Shown here: piece after piece, positions 48,371 through 58,253 of the stretch
Numbering within the stretch: position 1 is the stretch's first letter
How the letters are laid out: each line of letters begins with the position of its first letter
Assembly (NCBI GenBank): GCA_010093605.1
Contig: MU004191.1
Coordinates: forward strand, 1,720,816 to 1,784,815
Direction: 5' to 3'
Source: Lophium mytilinum
Lineage: Eukaryota
Length of the DNA: 64,000 nt
Program-made: the position numbers and the translations under genes
The notes under the pieces: model-generated
The model's input: the letters and a program-made list of their open reading frames with translations, nothing else
What the model was told of the DNA's origin: nothing
Database searches by the model: none

Positions 48371-50317
48371 CTAAGGCGCCTCACATTCTGCCAAAGTAAA
48401 ATGCTTAAAGCAAGGGAGCTGCGGCTCTTTCCATACGCCATCATAGAACTCCCCCTTTCCATCAAATGCCACGGGGCTCAAAGCACCGAGGCTGAGCTTG
48501 ATAAGATCTGCTGAATCACATTTCCCAAGCTCAGGTCCCACTGAGATGGTTGTGTCGGAATCTGTTTCAGCAGCTTGGCTGCTCGATTCGTCGTCGCTTT
48601 CCGTGTCGCTGTCGTCCGAGTCGTCGTCAAAAAGGTCACGATGCTTCGTGTCCAAAAGAATTGACAGTCGTTCCTCAACGGCCTCCGCACCTTCGCCACC
48701 GTCCTCCTCGTTGCCAAGGTACCAGGTCATATCGCTTGCGGATTGGCGGGGGAAAGCAGACTGTAGAACTTTAGTGGTGAAATCCTCCAAAACACCGTTT
48801 CCAAATATCGCCGTGTCCAGGGCAGTGTAGATGGGGCTCTTCTTGGTGTATTTGCAATCTCCTTGGCCACCCATGGCGTCTGACAAGCAGTCTGAGTAGT
48901 GATTGCGGTAGAGTTCCAACATCTCGACGGCCAATCCTGAGCGGAACGGGTATAAATATTGAGGCTGCCAATCTTCGCGGAGCCACAAGGGAACCGAAGC
49001 AAATCCGACACATCGAGGAACAGTCTTAACGAGGTCCCAGTCAATAATCGCCGTTACTTTGTAAGTTTCCGGGTCGCAGAGAATGTTTTGGAGACCGAGG
49101 TCCGGGTGCTGTAGAACGAAAGTCTCGGTTTCGTCCGTAGGTGACTGAAGAGACTGCCGGAAAGGATAGCAGTCGAGAGCCGCCTGAGCTATCCTTAACA
49201 CCCCCACATCTTGCACGCTAGAATGGTCCTCGCCCTCCCAGATCTTGGTTAGTGCCGAGAAATACTCTCGTGATGTCGATGCCGCAGGTATATTTCGAGT
49301 GTGTCGTGCAAAAACTGGGTCTCCTAGATTATTCTGGGAGTCGTTGCACCACGCACGCACTGGACCAATGAATGGGGCCTCCAAGTCGTCGTTTTCAAAG
49401 TCGAGCATGCCCGCTTTGTCGAACACAAGATCTTGTAGCCCGGCCATTGCTTCTGCCAGCGACTTTAGTAGATCATGCCGAATCTGGATCGTATTCACTT
49501 CAACATCCCCCTCCGGGTGCCATACGTCGGTCGCTGGCACGCCTTCCATGGCCTCCATGACAATATAGGGAGCCCCAATCTCGTTCTCAAGGACTGTCGA
49601 GTATCGATAGACATCAGGCACCGGGAATTTCCCATTGGTCTTCATCCGGATGTATCGCATAGTCAGAGCCTCCGTGCGAAGATTGCACGCGTCCGTCTTT
49701 GACCATCGTGCCATATGGCCAGTAGCAGGGACCTTGATAACGATCTTGGAGCCATTGGCAGCCTTTAGGATGTAGGCAGTGTGATACGCCCCTTGCTTCT
49801 TGCAGTCAAGCTCGACACCAAGCCCTCCAAGTTCTCCATTGGGATCAAGAACATTGAGGGCAAGGCTCTTGAGCGCCTCGTAAGAGATGTTGCTAGTAGG
49901 CCCCCAATACTTAAAGTCGAAATGTCCTCGGTTCTGAAAGTGTTCCCGCGCAGATTGCATTGGATCGATGGCATTTGGTGCCGTGTCTGATACCCGTGCT
50001 AGCGATGGTGCTGCGAGAATATGATCTTGGGATTCAACTGGATCAGGTTCAGGATGCCTATCCACTTCATTGGTTTGTGGCGCCATCCAGTCGCGGGGTG
50101 CAGGTGGTTTCTTCCGTAATTTGCCCTTTCCATCGGAGCAAACAAGGAAGTCAGGGATAGTGCAATCGGCTGTCTTCTGCACAGTCTTCTTCATACCGTC
50201 CCTGAGTTTGTTTTTGACGTTGTGCGCGATGTCCTTGATCTTGTGGGTGAATTCGTGTCCTTGGATCTTGACTTTGCCCTTGAAGCTCCGGAGCTTGCTG
50301 CAGGTCTTAGGAGCCAT
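48371..50317 (-). CDS. APH/choline-kinase-like phosphotransferase (kinase 3), intronless
   Basis: KKQGAYHTAY, IKVPA, RTEALTMRYI, FPVPDVY, YIVMEAMEG, ETFVLQHPDLGLQNIL and AIIDWD. Lys-rich N-terminus and DDDSDDSD acidic tail. Confidence 0.88.
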   Translation of the reverse strand: MAPKTCSKLRSFKGKVKIQGHEFTHKIKDIAHNVKNKLRDGMKKTVQKTADCTIPDFLVCSDGKGKLRKKPPAPRDWMAPQTNEVDRHPEPDPVESQDHILAAPSLARVSDTAPNAIDPMQSAREHFQNRGHFDFKYWGPTSNISYEALKSLALNVLDPNGELGGLGVELDCKKQGAYHTAYILKAANGSKIVIKVPATGHMARWSKTDACNLRTEALTMRYIRMKTNGKFPVPDVYRYSTVLENEIGAPYIVMEAMEGVPATDVWHPEGDVEVNTIQIRHDLLKSLAEAMAGLQDLVFDKAGMLDFENDDLEAPFIGPVRAWCNDSQNNLGDPVFARHTRNIPAASTSREYFSALTKIWEGEDHSSVQDVGVLRIAQAALDCYPFRQSLQSPTDETETFVLQHPDLGLQNILCDPETYKVTAIIDWDLVKTVPRCVGFASVPLWLREDWQPQYLYPFRSGLAVEMLELYRNHYSDCLSDAMGGQGDCKYTKKSPIYTALDTAIFGNGVLEDFTTKVLQSAFPRQSASDMTWYLGNEEDGGEGAEAVEERLSILLDTKHRDLFDDDSDDSDTESDDESSSQAAETDSDTTISVGPELGKCDSADLIKLSLGALSPVAFDGKGEFYDGVWKEPQLPCFKHFTLAECEAP

Positions 50318-50854
50318 TCGAGAAGATTATGGCGTGTGATCTGAGAAAGAAAAGTTTGTTCGATGGAGTGCTGCTGTGTGGTGGAAGGTGTGATGTGGTG
50401 GTGTTTGTGGTTGAGTTTGTGTTGGAGTGAAAAAGTAGGAGGGTAGATAGCTACTTAAGTATGGACTTGAATAAGAGCGCCCTACGAGAAGCGCGTGCGT
50501 TTACAATGAGTACTGGTGAATGCCACGCAACTGACCCGCAATTATATAGCTCTGTAGCATTGTTCGTATACAAATCCCAACTGGCACACCATTCACGGCT
50601 TCTATTATGCACAATACCGCTAAGGACAGTGGCTCGACTCCTGTCCAGGTCCACTCGCCTGTGCAGATTCACTACTACGATGAGTACAAGCTCCCCATAA
50701 ATATCTCGTGCCGTTGCAATGGCATCGAGTCTCATCAAAGTTGTTCCATCACCACTACCCACCACCGCCTTCGAAAGTGTCTTGGAGCCACCCGTACACA
50801 ACATCTTCAGCCATCCTAAACACTCAACATCCTTAGACTTCCTACCCAGTCACC

Positions 50855-51007
50855 ATGAATAGCTTAAACAGCGTTCACCAGTCCAAGGATCAATTCAGGA
50901 AGGGAAAAGAAGAAATTGGAAAGGAGATCCGCTTCGAAGCTAGTGATACCTGGGCATCCACCCGCAATATTCGAACGGGGGCCCAGTGTGCAAAATTACA
51001 TCCCTAA
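50855..51007 (+). pseudogene. 5' remnant of a probable paralogue of the 37899-38468 Cys/His protein, cut at the edge of the RIP block
   Basis: CACCATG start after a C/A-rich leader. It encodes MNSLNSVHQS...WASTRNIRTGAQCAKLHP*. STRNIRTGAQCAKLH aligns with NTRNSITGKEAGKTH, and the sequence turns AT-rich right after this point. Confidence 0.55.
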
Positions 51008-51539
51008 CTCTATAATATAGGTAAAAAGTCCATATAATTAGCATTTACTAAAAATAATATTACGTAATAGTACCCTATGCATTATAAAACACCTAAAAGG
51101 AAAGCGTATAGAGGCGTACCTTTCTAATACCCTAGTAAGTAAATCCCTTACTAGAAGGATTATCTTAGTAAAGACTATTTAGCTAAGCTATCTTACTAAA
51201 AGAGGGGCTAACTTTTTATCCCTTTTAAGTAAATAGTTAGCTATAAAAATAATAGCAATCCTTTATTACTTATATACGCTAATAAAGTAAATTATAATTT
51301 AGAAGGGAAATCTACTAGTATATATATAAGACTAATTACTTTATAGTACTAATAGACTTAGTTAAATAAAGGGTACCTAGCTAAATATTTTATAATAAAA
51401 ATAGGCGTAGATCTACTTAATATAGCGCGCATATTAGTAAATATTCTAGAAAAAGAGTATAGTATTAGAGTCCTATAGGCGTATATATTAAGCTATAAAG
51501 TATTAAGCTAGAAAAGAAATTATATAATTTTATAGTAAG

Positions 51540-54251
51540 AGCTAATCTATACCCTTACTAGATGCGCATCTATAGCTCTAGACTTTACTTCTTTACCTCT
51601 TTATATTATTCTGTGCTGTAAACTTTACTAACTATATTTACTAGAAATGTATCTAGTGCATTATTACTACTAGCAGCTACCTTAAGTAGGTTATCTATAG
51701 ATTACAATATATAAGTAATATAGTTAAACTTTTACTCCTACTAATAGATTCTTTTAATGCTCTATAAATAGGTACTATATAAATATTAGAGTTCTAGTAT
51801 TATAATTCTTTATACTTAATATAGCGTATATTTAACGCCTAAAACGCTAGTAGTACTAATTAGTATTATTAGTATAAAGTTTTCTATATACTAGATATTA
51901 CTGTGCTAATCCTATATAATACTACTATTATCTTAGTAGCGCCGCTCTTTCTAGAATCTAGAGACTATAGTATTCCTCTCTACTTTATTAAGCTATGCCC
52001 TAAATAGTTATACCTTATAGTATAGGTATACTACCTTTATCTACTTATAGAGTAATAGCGCGGCAGCTAAAATATAGGTAAGAATTACAAGCTATTAGAG
52101 ATAATTCTTAAGCTTATTTAGAATACCTATAGAGATTATAGTACCTCTTTAAGTTTATTACTCCTTAGTAGCCGCTGTATCTTCTTAGTCTATCTCTTTA
52201 ATAATATCTAGTATCTTCTGCGTCTTAGGATTTAATGCTGCAATTTCTATAGTAAATTAATAGAATAGTAAGTCTAAGTTAAGTATATACTATCTTCTCT
52301 TCTTAATAGTAGCTATAGTTATTCTATACTTAAAATAACCCTCTTATAGTAGTTAACTAAGAACTAGAAAACTAAATACCGGGCGCTATTAGTAAATTAG
52401 GCTTAGAAGCTTACTCTATAGAAAATTTAGCGGATCTTCTATACTACCTTAATACTACTATTACCTAATACTCTCTAGCTATATTACACGCAGCTTTATA
52501 GTAATATTATTAATACTAGCCTAGGCTTCTACTTAATACTCTAGGTTAAGAAAGCACTCTTAACTCTACTCTTTAAGCTAAGGAAGTAGAACTAGGGGTT
52601 TCCCTCTATTATTACTATTTATCTAAAAGCTTCTAGTATCTATTATCTAGTAAATTATTATTAAACTAAGCGCTTTAGCCTAATGCTCTACCTAGACTCT
52701 AATCTAGTTTTTAAAGTCTTAACGTGCTTAAATTAATTATAAACTATCTTTATAGTTAGTAATAATTTTATTAAAGTTTACCTAGATATTATAAAGTATA
52801 TAACTTAAGCACGCAGTTTATAATCTTTATATATCTTTAGGAACCTCTCCCTTTTACTCTACTTTAAAATCCTATTACTGCTCTAGAAACTTAATATATT
52901 CTATTATATCCTCTAGGCCTTTTCTCTATAGTATTTCTAATAGTGCCTAAAGAGCAGGCTATATCTTATAATTAATGTAACTAGCTACTAAGACGCGTTA
53001 GAAAATATATAATATTAGCAGGCTCTCTTTATAAGCTTTATTTATGCTAATAATTCTAAACTATATATAAGTTTCTAGTATATATAGTTCTAGATAGTAT
53101 AGCTAGTCTAGCATATAGCTCTTAAATAATAGCGGTGTTATTATAATAATATTACATAATTGCCCTAGCCTTAGACTATATTCTCTATAATATAGAAATA
53201 CTAACTATATTCTAATTTAGGAGTTAAATATAGAAAGAGTATAAAGCTAAGTTTAATATAGCTTAATATTATTGCTAAGACTACTTGCATTACCGGCGTA
53301 ATAGCTAATATAAAGATTTATACTACTATAGCCTTTCTATTCTATATTAAAGATATTACTAAACTCTTTTATCTAGTTATTTTTTAAAGATAGAGGGATA
53401 ATAATTAGCGCGTTTTCTAATATTAGCTAGAGCTTAGCTAAGACGCTACAGAGCTTATATATGCACTAGAGCGGAGATCTTATACTACTACTTAGGTATA
53501 ATTAATTTACACTAGCACCTTTATATAGGTATTTTCTATTATTTATCTAGTTATTAGATCTATAACTTTCTAGAAGTAATTAGAACTTTTTAACTTTAGT
53601 ACTATATTTCTCTAGAATAGTATTTACCTAGTATACTAATAGTATTTCTATAGTCTTTCTAAGGCCTTATTTATCTCTATTAAACCCGCCCTGCATTATA
53701 CTATTTTAGCCGAGCATCTATATAACTATATAAATCTAGTAGATATAGAGCTATTATTTTATACCCGGTACTAATATTCTATTACTTTTTATATTCTATA
53801 GAACCTTAAATAATATATAGGCCTTAGTCTATAGCTCTAACTCTATATACTTAGTTATTTAAGCCCGCGCTATACTTTTCTAGATTACTTCTTTTACCTT
53901 AAATACCTTATTAAGTTGCAGATCTATAGCAGCGAGGTTAAATCTATAGTAATTAGAAATTTTATATTATACTTCTCTAATTAAAGAAATTATATATATA
54001 GTTTACTTTATAAAACTATAAAGATATATAGTACTATAGATTTTAAAGCCTTATAACTATATTAGAAACTATAGAAAGTAAGAAGAATCTTCTAGATAGT
54101 AGATAGCTACTATAGAGCATATTTTCCTCTAGCAAAGTTATAAGAATAGCGTAGGTAATACTATTAGAATTAGACTAGAGTTTATATATATTTCTAGGGG
54201 TTTCTTTTTAGACGCTAAGTTTACCTTATATAAATCTTATAAATTATCTAT
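51540..54251 (-). pseudogene. RIP-destroyed SNF2-family helicase/ATPase (about 900 codons, no introns seen)
   Basis: Reversing C>T/G>A gives motifs in the right order: VPGMK..LYIYQ..V.WML, GGFNGDEQGLGKT (53690-53652), ALIIIP.SLKNNWIKEF, MDEAH (53045-53031), WALSGTPW (52949-52926), GKPLV.LP, LIGTTGVLGVGYTL (51863-51822) and QSIKRIHRQGQ (51764-51732). Ends are approximate. Confidence 0.85.
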
Positions 54252-54574
54252 ATTAGAATTAGTATTAATATTATATAGTTAAAGTAGCTAATTAACTAGA
54301 AAGTATATTAAGAAAGTTAATAGCCTAGTTAGATTCGGGCAGTTTTATTAATAGCCCCGTGCGCTAATCGCATGCTAAGCTAAACTAGTAGAAGGGGATT
54401 AATAATAAATACTACTAGTATAGAAGGGGCGTTATTCTTCTTCTATATAAGAGCTACTATTATCTCTATAGCTAGGTATAGTACATGCCTTATATATAGA
54501 ATATAGAAGATATAATAAGATAGAAATTACTCTATATACTACCTATCTCTCTTCTTTCTTACTAAGATAATAAT

Positions 54575-55348
54575 ATAGAATTAAGTACTAGCTCTACTAG
54601 AAATACTAACGCTAATTCTTATTATAACACCTATAAAACTAAAGGGGTTCTTATTTATATTAAGGTATAGTAATATATTTAAAAGGATACTCCTTACTTA
54701 ACTAGTATACCCGCCGCTAATAGATTCTATAAGCCTCTAAAATTACTTAAATATTACTACATTCTTATCTTTCTAGGCGAGAATAACCTAAATAAGTATA
54801 GCTAATTTAGAGGGCTAGAACTAGCGTGCTATTTTATCCCTAATAATATAATAGAACCTCTAGAAATAATAGGCTCTAAATAAAATTAGCTAATATTCTT
54901 CTAATAGAAGTCTATAATAGCCGGCTTATATATAGGCACGTTCTTATTTACTATAAATAGAATCTTTTAACTAGAATTTAGGGCTGCTTATTATAAGATA
55001 TTCTCTTATAGTTATATACTTAATTATTTTAAAAAGGTTATTAATAGAATAGATATATATATTAAGAACCTTAACTTTATATTAAAATCCTTCTAGACTA
55101 TAGACTATAGAACTATACATTAATAACTTGCGCAAGCATTTACTAGAATTAGAATATTACTAGACTACAGCTATAAAATAGACTAAGAAGAACGTTAGAG
55201 GGCTTATAACGCAGACAAGAGGAAATATTACGCAGGATTAGAACGTATAGTAGAAAGAAAACGTAACGCTAAAAGTAGAAAAATGTATAAAAATAGGATA
55301 ATAGTACCTAAAGTAAAGTACTTACTATTAAAATTTAGAAGTAAGTAA
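54575..55348 (+). pseudogene. RIP-mutated orphan ORF fossil (about 258 codons), divergent from the SNF2 relic
   Basis: One frame in which all stops are TAA/TAG (explicable as former CAA/CAG/TGG), with protein-like text such as EERxRAYNADKRKYYAGLERIVERKR. No family recognised. Confidence 0.45.
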
Positions 55349-55886
55349 AGCTTATTATAAAAGATTAATTAAGAGGATAGCGCAGGCCTAGTTATATCTA
55401 TATACTAGTTAAGGTAGCTAGTAAAGAGGGGGCTAGGGCCTAACTACTTAAATTTTAATACTTACACCTTAATAGACTTTAAAATTTAGTTAGCTAGTCT
55501 ATAGCTTACTTAGAATTAAAAATTATATTTTTAGTATATTATCTTTCTATTGCAGTTATTATTCTATTAGAAGAAGTATGCTATTTTATAAACTTTACTA
55601 TTATATAATAGTAATTAGGGTAATTTAAGGTAGTATTATAGCTATATTAGCCTTATACCTTTCTCTTCTTCTTAGCTTAGTATTCTTATAACCTTAAATA
55701 GAGCCTATTTTAACCTAAACTATATTTATACTCTTATATAATAGAATACTAAGCTTTTTTTAGAGTTTAGAAGAGAAGGGCCTATATATAAATTACTATT
55801 ATAATAATTCTTTACCGGCCCTAATACTAAATTTTAATATCCTTATAGTACTAACTAAGTAACTAGCCTTATTTATTAACTACTTA

Positions 55887-56655
55887 ATATCTCTATTATA
55901 TACTAAGACTGCCCTCCGGCCTACTACGCCTCTTTATGCACCCGCCCGCCGCGGCCGCTACACCCGCTATAAACCTATTTAGGCTAGCCGGGAGGAGAGG
56001 CCTACTATATAGGGCTATATTAGAAAATTAGTAGTAGCCTAAATATATAGAAGAGCGTAGAAGAAGTAATAGCTAAAAGAAGTTTATTATATACTAGATA
56101 GAAATTAAGCCTTAGTATATACTAATTACTATTAAATTATCCTCTCTTATAATAAGTAGTTAAAAATAGCATTATATAACCTATATACTAATAGCCGCCT
56201 GCACCACTAGTAGACTTATATAGCCTTATTTAACTCTAGTCTATATTACTAGTATTACTAGTAGGCCTATATAACCTTATTTAATAGCCTTATAAGTAAC
56301 CTCTATTATTAAACCCTAGTCTAAGAAGCTACAGCTTATGCGCAGCTTTCTAATAAGCTTATAATACCGCCTATTATATATACCTTATTTAAACATTCTT
56401 CTATATTAACTTACTATTAATTTAAATATTCTTAATAAGCTACCTATTATAGCCGTGCTATAGGCTATACCTAGCTACTATTCTTAAGGCTATACGCCGT
56501 GCTATAAGCTACACCTATAAGCTTGCCGCTTAATATTCTTAATTTAAGTATATTCTCTACCTTAATTCTTATAATAATAACACGGCCCTATAGTATATAG
56601 TAGATAATAGAAAATTCTTAGATTTAGTATTATAAGTCTATATAGAATTACTAGC
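55887..56655 (+). pseudogene. RIP-mutated orphan ORF fossil, basic N-terminus and Gln/His-rich body
   Basis: Reads KTALRPTTPL.APARRGR.TR...ASREERPT..G.IRK.VVA....RA.KK. Stops are only TAA/TAG. Confidence 0.4.
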
Positions 56656-57113
56656 AATTATAATAGCCTAATTAGAAGGGGCTTTCTTTAGAGGAGGGGG
56701 GGGAAAGAGAGGGCGTTATAGCTATATTATGCACCGTTCTACTTTTATATACTACAGTTATATAATAGGTACTATATACTCTTATAATAATAAGACGCTA
56801 GGCTTAGCACCGCTAGTTAATCCCCTAAACTAAAGAGCGTTTAAGGTAGATTCTAGCGGACTCCTAGTAGAGTTATTAGACTAGCTTAGAGGCGGGTAGC
56901 CTATAATTTAAGTTAATAGCGTTAATTTAATATGCTAAAAATTTATACTTAAGATAGCGTACTAAGAGAGGCGTCTTACTATTATAAAAGTATATAGTAT
57001 TTACTATAACTCTATAATATTCTCTTACCTAGACCTATATATTATAATTTCTAATTCCTGCATTTATTATCTAAGTATATTAAGCTTATAATTATCTATA
57101 TTAATAGATAGTA

Positions 57114-58253
57114 CTATTTTAGACCTTCTTAAAGCTAATAGAATGTTCTATAAAGAACTTCTACTAAGTTATACTAATTATTTATAATAATAAGCGCTAG
57201 CTTATACTCTTTCTATATCTAATTTTTATTAGAGTCTATAGAGGCTTACTAATAGTAATTCTACTTTACTTATTACTACTCTTTATTTAGCTAGCGTATT
57301 CTAGCGTATATATAACTTACTATAGCCCTTTCTACTTTCCCCTTAACTGCCTTTACCCTTAGGCGCATTTCTAGAAAGTATACCTATAGAGTATTAGACT
57401 TAGAACTATACGCTAGCATAAAATTCTTATTATACTTAAAGCTATTAACTAATACTAGATAGAGTCTAGCCTTTTATGCAGAAGCTTAGTAATATTAAAT
57501 AATAGATCTCTAGCATTTATTACGCTTATATTAGTAGAGTTAAATAACTATTTTCCCCCCTAGACCTAGGTAGTTTTTCTAAGAAGTAAAGGCCTTTTTA
57601 ACGCATACTGCAGTAAGAATCTTAGGGTGCTATAGGTAAAGTATAAGCTTAAAGCCCGGTTTATAGGAACTACCTTAGCTTAGTAACCTAATATATTTTT
57701 CCTAGTTCTTAAATAGAATATAGAGAGTATAGTTTAATATTAAACCTCTTAGCCTAATAATATATAGAAAAGATAATTTATTTATAACTACTAAGATTAT
57801 AATATTAATAGCTCTATTAGTGCCGCCGATAATAAGAATCCTCCCTTCTTTAATCTTAACGCTATTATAGAACTTAGCAGTTTATAATATTATTAATATC
57901 TTAAGGTAGCACTATAATATAGTAGATAAGTATAATAGCTTATAGGGTAAGTATATAATCTCTTAAAAGTAATTATCTTTTCTAATTCTTATTTATCTAA
58001 GTATTTATATTAGAAGGTAAAATATCTAGGTATTTCTAGAATCTTATTTTAGAATATCTAGCGCCTAACTCGGGCTTAACTTTATTATAAGGCCTTTTGT
58101 CGACTAATTAGCTCTTAGATAACTTAAGACTTCTTAAGTAGCCCCGGACTCTCTATTAACTGCCCTAAGCTTACTTTAATTGCTCTAGCTTTAATAAATT
58201 TATTATAATTCTAGTTTTTATCTACTAGGGCGGAAAGCCCTACGCGCCAGCAT
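57114..58253 (-). pseudogene. RIP-mutated orphan ORF fossil (about 380 codons)
   Basis: Surviving ATG at 58253 (MLARRAFRPSR...). The frame continues through EGRILIIGGT, YKPGFKL, HPKILTAVCV and EMRLRVKAVKGKVERA with only RIP-type stops. Confidence 0.45.

Noticed and set aside
33945..50317. Spok-type meiotic driver identity for the kinases
   Set aside because: No coiled-coil, nuclease or cysteine-cluster region ahead of the kinase domain; the motifs fit the APH family.
50607..50819. 70-aa ORF from the ORF track as the kinase-3 partner
   Set aside because: It overlaps the TATA-like site and C/A-rich leader of the better-supported CACCATG ORF at 50855.
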